From: an uncultured archaeon
Lineage (GTDB): Archaea; Asgardarchaeota; Heimdallarchaeia; Heimdallarchaeales; Kariarchaeaceae
DNA length: 64,000 bases
Direction of reading: 5' to 3'
Assembly (NCBI GenBank): GCA_964645535.1
Contig: CAZYCQ010000006.1
Coordinates: 27,137-91,136 of the forward strand
Below, in pieces: positions 19,964 through 26,972 of this stretch. The translations under genes were made by a program, and so were the position numbers. Within the stretch, counting starts at the first letter, position 1. The number at the start of each line of letters is the position of its first letter. The notes under the pieces are model-generated. The model did not search any database, was not told the DNA's origin, and worked only from the letters and a program-made list of their open reading frames with translations.

Positions 19964-20060
19964 AGCAAAATTCATTGACTAATCAGATTCGATCTGAAAT
20001 GCAGACCATCAGCTTTACACAATGATTGCAACCTATGCCAGATACTCCATTGTAGCATCA

Positions 20061-20300
20061 GTTTCAATCCCTAATGGGTCTTCACCCTCTCATAACAAGT
20101 CAACATAGGATTTTAAAAAATGTAGACCCATGGTTTCAATCCCTTAAGGGTTCTCATCTCTCGCGACCAAGATTGACATGCTGAAAAACCATGGAGAAGG
20201 GTTCAAACCCTCATATGTTTTCAGCAGTTACAACAAGTCAACATATAATTTAAAAAAATGTGGGGTCATGGTTTCAATCCCTTATGGGTTATCATCTCTT
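20061..20300. repeat. CRISPR-repeat-like degenerate cluster: four ~30-nt units at ~70-bp period, no cas genes in the window
   Basis: Units at 20061, 20133, 20201 (degenerate) and 20271 read GTTTCAATCCCT[TA]A[AT]GGGT.... Their reverse complements end in GGGATTGAAAC. Intervening 38-42 nt segments, two of them ~80% identical to each other. Confidence 0.4.
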
Positions 20301-20325
20301 GACAAAGACTAATTTTATAACTTAA

Positions 20326-20937
20326 GTCATTCTACATAAAATTTACGAAAACAAATATGACTTTTGCATCGATTCAAAAGAATCACAGTTTTCAGAAGCT
20401 GTCCTCATAAAATTCAAAATCACATCCAGATCAAGTAACTCACGAATTATTGCTATATTCATACCAAGAAGAAACATAAAAATAGATGGTAAAGCATACG
20501 AAGACATCGTAAAAATTCTTTCCGAGAAGGCAAGAGTTGAAATCAAAAACCCCGCATATAGATTGACCCCATTACTCGAAAATATGGAAGAAGATATACG
20601 GCAGCTGAAATTAAGGATACTTGCAACATTTTTCACCCCACCACAGACTTTCTTCGCACCATCTGGAAGAATAATCTCCCTGCCCGAATTTAGTGTCAGA
20701 AACGGAAGGGACGTCCATATACTCGACCTAGAACAGCCAAGCCAGGAATTGATCCATATATTGGATGAAATCGAATTCCTCCAACCTGTACTCAAAAACT
20801 TGGATCGAACAATAAGGAATTGGGCATATCAAACTACAGATACAACGATTAAAAACCTCATCGAAAAACTTACCAAAAATAACCAACCGTCCAAATTTGT
20901 TGAGATGCTGATTCAATGGCTCCAAAGATTCCGATGA
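20326..20937 (+). pseudogene. 204-codon open frame with no ATG/GTG/TTG in its first 79 codons (5'-truncated gene or unusual start)
   Basis: Hand translation from the TAA at 20323-20325 gives VILHKIYENKYDFCIDSKESQFSEAVLIKFKITSRSSNSRIIAIFIPRRNIKIDGKAYEDIVKILSEKARVEIKNPAYR before the tracked start (TTG 20563, ATG 20584). The antisense ORF 20343..20795 is Ser-rich and low-complexity. Confidence 0.45.
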
Positions 20938-21057
20938 GAACCTTCCGAAAATTATAATTACTTCAAAATACTACTTCAATTGTCTACGGACGGACATGGA
21001 ATTTCAGTGCGAGATTCGAAACATGGTGCTGAAAAACCAATAGTAGATCCTTCTAAA

Positions 21058-21147
21058 GGGCGTGTAGCTCAGCTTGGTAGAGCAGCGGGCTTTTAGGGTG
21101 TATTCAAAGATACCCGAAGGTCGAGGGTTCAAATCCCTCCACGCTCA
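21058..21147 (+). tRNA. tRNA-Lys (anticodon UUU) with a 16-nt intron (21096..21111) at position 37/38
   Basis: Acceptor GGGCGTG/CACGCTC plus A73, D arm GCTC-AGCTTGGTA-GAGC, anticodon loop CTTTTA|A, T arm GAGGG-TTCAAAT-CCCTC. No encoded CCA. Followed by a T-run. Confidence 0.9.
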
Positions 21148-21208
21148 TATTTTTTTTGTGTGTATTTTGTGGAAGGATTTATTATTGTTTTTTTCATTTT
21201 TGTGAACG

Positions 21209-21556
21209 ATGGAAGATCGTATTATTCGGGAGCAATTTGAGGAAGTTTTGGATTATTTTCATGGTAATCGTTTTCGTATTTTATCGGATCGAGATGTTGA
21301 CGGTCATCGTACGGTTACGTTATCTAAGTACGGAGCAATATTGGTTTTGGTTTTGGAGGGTAATGTGATAGCTTTTGACACGTATGCAGATTTGAAGGCA
21401 GGCATTTATGAGTTGGGTGAATTGAATACGTTGGTCAGTGTTATGCTTCAGGCGAAGCGTATGTGTTTGGATCGTGGTTTTCGTGAGATGAATACAACGG
21501 AGCGTCTTTATCCTAGGGATCGTCGTGGTTCAGAGACACGGACGTCAGGCTTGTAG
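21209..21556 (+). CDS. hypothetical protein with atypical codon usage
   Basis: 115-aa ORF. Almost all Arg codons are CGN (mainly CGT), and the coding strand is very C-poor and G+T-rich, unlike neighbouring host genes. Confidence 0.5.
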   Translation: MEDRIIREQFEEVLDYFHGNRFRILSDRDVDGHRTVTLSKYGAILVLVLEGNVIAFDTYADLKAGIYELGELNTLVSVMLQAKRMCLDRGFREMNTTERLYPRDRRGSETRTSGL

Positions 21557-21579
21557 TTTTTTTTTGCTGTTGTTATTTT

Positions 21580-22887
21580 TTAGTATGCTTTGTATGGTAT
21601 GAGGAATAGTTTGCTTTGGAAGATAAACCAGAATAGGAGTAGTTGGAACATTAGAGTGATGAAGAGTGATGATGCGAAAGCTATTGGATATCTTGATTGA
21701 TTTTTCTTGACGAGTTTTGAGTATCCTATACCTACGAGGAATACATAGATGAAGAACATTAGGAATATTGGCAGAGCGACGAGGAATAGGAATGGGAGTG
21801 TATCTTTTTCTTCGATGGACAGTTCTTCACTGGATGGGTGGAATCCTACAAGTTCTTGGTAGAAAATTCCTGCGAATAGTTGTGCGAATGCTAGTACGAA
21901 TATGGCAATTCCTGCGAGGAGTATAGCGCTATTCATGAAATTTTTGGAGAAATTTCCGGTGACGAGTCCGATGACCAAAGGTTGGAGGATGATATATGAT
22001 AGTAGTACACCGAATATCATGAGGTAGAAGCTGATCCAGAATTGTAAAAATCCAGCATTTGCTTCATTTGCTCGTATTGAGTTGATGCTGAATGTATTAA
22101 AGCTAAGGAAATAGAAGAGTCCTTTTCCATTTACGACGATTGATGTGAAGAATGAGGAGCTGATGAATGCGAGAAATAGGAACCACCACGGGAGTATTTC
22201 AGCGTATGCACCTCTTGTAGGTCGTGTAATGAATTCAGGGATGAACTTGAGCATACTTTTGACTTCTTCTGATTTTGACACGAGGAATGAGGTAATAAAT
22301 CCGGGCACCAGAAGGAAGATTGCATAACTTGCGAGGGTGATGGCGAACTGTGTTGGGCTGATGCTCAGAGCCACAAGGAGGTTATTGGTGATTGAAATAG
22401 CTGGGCTGTTGTTGAGGAAGAACATGGGGAACCAGAATGCGGAGAAGACGATTGCAAGAAGTGCCAAGGTTGTCATGATGAGTTTTGGTTTTTGGGGGAC
22501 GTTATTGTACCATAGTTTTTCTTCGACGACCTCATCAACGATTGGTTCGAAGTCGTCGAGGATTCTTCCATCGATTTGGAGATCTTGGTATTTTTCCCTG
22601 AATCTGGAGATGAATTCATTGAGGAGTTCTTGTGCATCTCCTTCGTCCATTCGTTTATCAAGTGTGAGGACGAACAGGAGGTCGGCCTGTCTTTCCTTGA
22701 AGATGGTTCGGACGTTTTGGAGGTCGAGGTTTTCGATTTTTTCTCCTTCGGTTTCGGCGGTCATGCTGTAGACTGCGCTGATAAGTCCAGCGGTCAAAGA
22801 TACATCAGTCTCGATTTCTTTTTGGCTGAATTGTTTGGAGAAGTATATTTGTCCATAGGTTGTCATGACAAGCAGTGTCTTGATCAT
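21580..22887 (-). CDS. polytopic membrane protein with an N-terminal longin-like domain
   Basis: Start placed at MIKTLLVMTTYGQIYF (ATG 22887). The first ~105 aa follow a beta-beta-alpha-beta-beta-beta-alpha pattern (LLVMTTYGQIYFSKQF / LTAGLISAVYSMTAE / IENLDLQ / RTIFKER / LLFVLTLD / AQELLNEFISRFREKY), followed by about 8 hydrophobic helices. Confidence 0.6.
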   Translation of the reverse strand: MIKTLLVMTTYGQIYFSKQFSQKEIETDVSLTAGLISAVYSMTAETEGEKIENLDLQNVRTIFKERQADLLFVLTLDKRMDEGDAQELLNEFISRFREKYQDLQIDGRILDDFEPIVDEVVEEKLWYNNVPQKPKLIMTTLALLAIVFSAFWFPMFFLNNSPAISITNNLLVALSISPTQFAITLASYAIFLLVPGFITSFLVSKSEEVKSMLKFIPEFITRPTRGAYAEILPWWFLFLAFISSSFFTSIVVNGKGLFYFLSFNTFSINSIRANEANAGFLQFWISFYLMIFGVLLSYIILQPLVIGLVTGNFSKNFMNSAILLAGIAIFVLAFAQLFAGIFYQELVGFHPSSEELSIEEKDTLPFLFLVALPIFLMFFIYVFLVGIGYSKLVKKNQSRYPIAFASSLFITLMFQLLLFWFIFQSKLFLIPYKAY

Positions 22888-23141
22888 TGTCTCGTACCTA
22901 AAGAGACGGCTTTCACATATAAATGGAACGGATTCCTGATTGGAATTTGCAAGAGAATGGAGGTGGAGAAATGTGCAAGATACACCGAAGGGGTTTAAAT
23001 ACCGAATCAAGGTTTAATAATTTCCAAGATCGGTGATGCATTTCGGAATTTTTTTCATAAACCATAATTGTTATAAATATATCCTCGATAATTGGTTTAT
23101 TTCTTGGAAAAATTGATGAATTTTTCCGAGAGGTGAGATAT

Positions 23142-24545
23142 ATGAAAGGTAAAGGAATAAATGCAATCCTTCTGAGTCTGGTTTTCCTCATGTCCTTCAT
23201 GTTGGTTGGGCAGATCAATGGAAATACCAACGTTCAAATGATCATTCCTGACGTAACGACTGATGAATATGCAGTTGAATTTTTCACGGAATTTGATGCA
23301 GGGACAGGGAGCGGAACGCTTCCGACATTGGAGCCCTTTTGGACTGACATAGTGAATACCGAAAGAGTGGAAGAAACCGGGGAAGATGTCTATGTTGCGG
23401 TATTGGATACCGGCTTGTTGCCACAGTGGGACTTTTTCTTTTCTGAAGCGAATATTGCAGCGGATTTGGGAGTTGGGTTCACGCATGACATTTTCTTTGA
23501 TTCCAGCGGCAATTTGGTGGTTGGTCCATTGAAACAGGTTGGTTTTGTTACAGAATTGGCGAGTGGTCATGGGACTCATGTGACAAGTACAATTGTTGGG
23601 TTCAACCTGAACAACCAGGTGTGGGTTGATGGGATTGCCCCAGAAGCGACAATCATTCCAGTGAGAGTTCTGGATGCTTGGGATCTCGGTGGCGGGTTGA
23701 GGCTGAGTGGTGGATTCAATGACATGATTGCAGCAGGGATCATGTACGTTGCCGATCTAGCGGATGAATTGGATGGCAAGATCATAATAAACATGTCTCT
23801 TGGTGGACCAAATCCTTCGCAATTGATTGAAGACGCCATCAACTATGCGATAAGCAAAGGAGTGATCGTTGTGGCCTCAGCCGGCAACAGCGGGTTCAAT
23901 GGGATGGGATATCCCGGGGCATTTTCCCAGGTGATTTCGGTGGGTGCTGGAGGCTGGACAGACATGTTCACGAATTGGTGGGACACAGGAGCTCCAGAAC
24001 AGCTGAACGTACCTGATTCTTTGGGCAATGAGATGCAACTGTACCTTGAGGATTTCAGTTCTCGTCCGAATCCTCTGTTGGGGCAAACCACAGATCTTCT
24101 TGATGTGACCGCTCCCGGTGCTTGGGTGGTTGGTCCATTCAAGAGTTCATTCAGGGAGAACACAGGATATTATTTTCTTTCAGGGACAAGCATGGCGGCT
24201 CCCCACATTAGTGGGATTGCGGCCTTGGTAGCGGAGGAGGAAGAAGATGTCACACAGGCACAGATGGAAATTCTGCTCAAAATTGCGGCTAGTGGGGAAG
24301 ATTTCAATGCTTTCAGAGGCTTCCCGTTTATCGGCAATGATGTCAAGGTTGCGTTTCCCTTTATTCCGGGAGGATTCTACACTGTATCTTGGGGATTAGG
24401 GGAATTCGGGACAGGCTTTATAGATGCGGAAGTTGTCATGGAATTGGCGCATGAACTTGATGATGATGATGATGGATTCAATGACCTGATTGCAGATCTA
24501 TTGGAAAAGTTGGAGGATTTTTACGAGGATCTCTTTGAAGATTGA
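23142..24545 (+). CDS. secreted subtilisin-like serine protease (peptidase S8) with acidic C-terminal tail
   Basis: Catalytic triad motifs YVAVLDTGL, GHGTHVTSTI and GTSMAAPHISGIAAL. Signal-like N-terminus. GAGGTGA lies 7 nt upstream of ATG 23142. C-terminal DDDDDG...EDLFED. Confidence 0.85.
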   Translation: MKGKGINAILLSLVFLMSFMLVGQINGNTNVQMIIPDVTTDEYAVEFFTEFDAGTGSGTLPTLEPFWTDIVNTERVEETGEDVYVAVLDTGLLPQWDFFFSEANIAADLGVGFTHDIFFDSSGNLVVGPLKQVGFVTELASGHGTHVTSTIVGFNLNNQVWVDGIAPEATIIPVRVLDAWDLGGGLRLSGGFNDMIAAGIMYVADLADELDGKIIINMSLGGPNPSQLIEDAINYAISKGVIVVASAGNSGFNGMGYPGAFSQVISVGAGGWTDMFTNWWDTGAPEQLNVPDSLGNEMQLYLEDFSSRPNPLLGQTTDLLDVTAPGAWVVGPFKSSFRENTGYYFLSGTSMAAPHISGIAALVAEEEEDVTQAQMEILLKIAASGEDFNAFRGFPFIGNDVKVAFPFIPGGFYTVSWGLGEFGTGFIDAEVVMELAHELDDDDDGFNDLIADLLEKLEDFYEDLFED

Positions 24546-24550
24546 AGTAA

Positions 24551-24652
24551 ACGTAAGATGTAGATGAATCATATTTTTATATTAAACGTAGATGAATTAT
24601 ATTTCAAACGGATTTACGTGTAGATGAATTACGTCTGTTTGTAGATGAACCG
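24551..24652. repeat. four direct copies of ACGT(N0-6)GTAGATGAA[TC], duplicating the EF-2 gene 3' end
   Basis: GTAGATGAA at 24560, 24588, 24620 and 24641. On the minus strand each is TTCATCTAC (F-I-Y) followed within 2-3 codons by a stop. Confidence 0.6.
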
Positions 24653-26872
24653 TGCCCAAGTGTCGATTGTTGGAACTTCTTCTTTGAGACCGTTTCTCTT
24701 TCTGATGAAGGCGATTTTCTCGTCTCGCAGATGGGGTGGAACTTCCTCGAAGTGGCTGAACTGATATCCAAAGAAACCTCGTCCTGCGGTGGCACCACGG
24801 ATTTCATCAGCCAGTCCCACAGTCTCGGATGTTGGGATGAGACCCTTGATCATGTTGGAACCGCCTGCTTCCTTGATTTCTTGGATGATCCCTCTGTGCT
24901 GTGTCAGAAGGCTGGTAATGGCGCCGACATATTCAGGGGGTGCCTTGATATCGATGGTAAGCATGGGTTCGAGCAATTTGGGACCTGCTGTGAGGTAACA
25001 GAGGTTACATGCAGCGGACACCATTGCCATGATTTCGGTCAATCCCGTGTGAGCCGGATCTGTGTGGACGGTTGCATCGGTCATGACGAAGAGAACGCCC
25101 ATCAGGGGTTCTCCAGCAAGGGTTGCTTTTCTTGTGAATTGCTTCCAGGTGTTGATGACGAATTCCTTGATTCTTTCAAGTCTTTGAACACCTTTGGTGG
25201 ATTCAATGAAGAGATTGGTGTCGGAAGATGCCCAGAATCCTCTGAAGAATTTTTCGTCGAATTCGGGATATTTTTCGGTGTCCATATGTTGTGCCAAGAG
25301 TTTGGCTCTTTCCTTGGTATCCATCATGGTAAGATCCTTTCCTTCCTTGAGGAAGTCGATCATGGACTGTGGCAGGGGATAGAGCTTCATCTGGATTCTG
25401 TTGTGTCCATTGGGTGACTTGGTGGTGAATACCTCGGATTCTTTTGAGATGGTTTCCCTGTGGACAATGACTGGATCAGAAACTTCGATCGGAACCTGTT
25501 CATTGATACGGGTGATAAGGATCTCGATTTGGAGGGGATCAATTCCTTGGAGGGTATATTTCTTGGTTTCGGGATCCATTTCATAGGAGGCAGTTGGGTC
25601 TGCCATGATCCAAGTACTGATGACCTTGCCCAATTTAGCGACATCGGTCTGTTTCTTGGGGAAGATAGACCTTGAAACAACAGGTTCGGCGGCATATGAA
25701 ATGGCTTCGAATCCGGGAATGTTTGTTCCCTCTCTTGTGAAGGATTCACCGGCGGGACAAATGAAGCCGTCTGCTGCGAAGAGGTTTCCGGCAGGGATCT
25801 TTGGAACGGGAAGGATGTCATCAAGTTCCATGACACCAAGTCTTGTGATGTTTGCCTTTTGTCGTCCGTTGATGAGATAGATCTTGTCGGTATCCTTGAG
25901 TGTTCCTGAGAATACACGTCCGATGAGCGTTGGTCTCTTGGTTCTTGGATGGATGAAGATCTTGGTGATCATTCCAAGGAGTGGTCCATTGGGATCACAA
26001 TTCAACAGTGCCTGACCGGCTTCGGATTCAAGGTCACCGGGCCAGATTTTGGGGATCTTGATTTTTTGGGATTCGCGGGGGTTGGGTAGGTGTTGGATAA
26101 CCATTCTGAGAAGGGCGTCATCCAACGGAAGGTTTTTCCTCAACCAAGCCTTGTCATCCTCAGCATACTTCTGGAAAACTGACTGTGGAGTAAGCTTCTT
26201 TTCCTTGAGGATCTCAACAGTGAATGCCCATCCGTCTTTTGCGGAGCCTACAGCAACGGAGTTGTCTTGGAAGGAGACCCTCCAGCTCTTCTTGAATTCT
26301 TTTGGAACGATTGCCTTAATCTTGTTGTTGACTTGTGAGACGATGATGTCCAATCTAGAGAATACATCCTTGGGATCAAGCTTCAGTTCAGAGATCAATC
26401 GGTCTACCTTGTTGATGAAAAGGACTGGTTTACAGAATTCTTCACCGACAGCCAGTTGGATGTTTGTTTCAGTCTGTGTCATCATTCCTTCAAGGGCGTC
26501 TACAAGGATAATTGCACCATCCGAACCACGGAGGGCTCTTGAGACTTCACCCGTGAAGGAAAGGTGACCGGGAGTGTCGTTGATTTGGAAGATGTAGTCA
26601 TTGACCGTTCCGTCTTCTTCTGTGTATTGGTAAGAAAGGATGACAACAGTTGTGAAAATAGTAATTCCTCTTTCCTGTTCTTCCTCGTCTAGGTCAGTCA
26701 TCCTTTTGTCTCCAGCAGTTTCAGCAGACATGAGACCAGCCTTTGCCAGAAGGTAGTCTGCGGTGGTGGACTTCCCATGATCGATATGAGCTGCAATAGA
26801 GAAGATTCTGCGCAGCTCGATGGGATGATTCATGATCATGTTCCTGATTTCTTCGGTGTTCTTTACTTTCAT
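24629..26872 (-). CDS. fusA: translation elongation factor 2 family GTPase (aEF-2) with a non-canonical diphthamide loop
   Basis: G1 AHIDHGKST, G3 DTPGH, G4 NKVD, 747 aa. Strong C-ending codon bias typical of highly expressed genes. The domain IV loop reads DATVHTDPAHTGLTE. Confidence 0.9.
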   Translation of the reverse strand: MKVKNTEEIRNMIMNHPIELRRIFSIAAHIDHGKSTTADYLLAKAGLMSAETAGDKRMTDLDEEEQERGITIFTTVVILSYQYTEEDGTVNDYIFQINDTPGHLSFTGEVSRALRGSDGAIILVDALEGMMTQTETNIQLAVGEEFCKPVLFINKVDRLISELKLDPKDVFSRLDIIVSQVNNKIKAIVPKEFKKSWRVSFQDNSVAVGSAKDGWAFTVEILKEKKLTPQSVFQKYAEDDKAWLRKNLPLDDALLRMVIQHLPNPRESQKIKIPKIWPGDLESEAGQALLNCDPNGPLLGMITKIFIHPRTKRPTLIGRVFSGTLKDTDKIYLINGRQKANITRLGVMELDDILPVPKIPAGNLFAADGFICPAGESFTREGTNIPGFEAISYAAEPVVSRSIFPKKQTDVAKLGKVISTWIMADPTASYEMDPETKKYTLQGIDPLQIEILITRINEQVPIEVSDPVIVHRETISKESEVFTTKSPNGHNRIQMKLYPLPQSMIDFLKEGKDLTMMDTKERAKLLAQHMDTEKYPEFDEKFFRGFWASSDTNLFIESTKGVQRLERIKEFVINTWKQFTRKATLAGEPLMGVLFVMTDATVHTDPAHTGLTEIMAMVSAACNLCYLTAGPKLLEPMLTIDIKAPPEYVGAITSLLTQHRGIIQEIKEAGGSNMIKGLIPTSETVGLADEIRGATAGRGFFGYQFSHFEEVPPHLRDEKIAFIRKRNGLKEEVPTIDTWARFIYKQT

Positions 26873-26972
26873 AGTGAAATCCCAACTTTGATGTTTTTGG
26901 CTTTAGCCTAACTTAACTCCAATACCCATTCAGTCTTTAAAATATCATAGATATTGACACCCAGTATATTAT

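Noticed and set aside
19985-19999. Palindrome TCAGAT-TCG-ATCTGA just after the moeA stop, considered as a terminator
   Set aside because: It is a short 6-bp stem without a following T-run, and archaeal termination mainly uses oligo-T. Noted only as a possible minor structure.
20343-20795. 150-aa minus-strand ORF between the repeat cluster and the tRNA
   Set aside because: The translation is Ser-rich and low-complexity (…SISSNIWINSWLGCSRSSIW…). The opposite strand gives a longer, protein-like frame, so the plus-strand frame was preferred.
22984-23008. ACCGAAGGGGTTTAAATACCGAATC as a degenerate copy of the tRNA-Lys 3' part (CCCGAAGGTCGAGGGTTCAAATCCCTCC), which would delimit an island 21148-23008
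   Set aside because: The similarity needs a 4-nt gap and several mismatches, there is no integrase, and the codon-usage anomaly is clear only for 21209..21556. Too weak to call an att site.
24731-25417. 228-aa ORF antisense to EF-2, plus other long alternative-frame ORFs inside EF-2 (25387..25917, 26049..26567)
   Set aside because: They lie entirely within a confidently identified, strongly codon-biased gene. Their translations are Cys/Gly/Ser-rich and low-complexity, and they have no upstream SD or promoter-like context. Long shadow ORFs are expected opposite C-ending codon bias.
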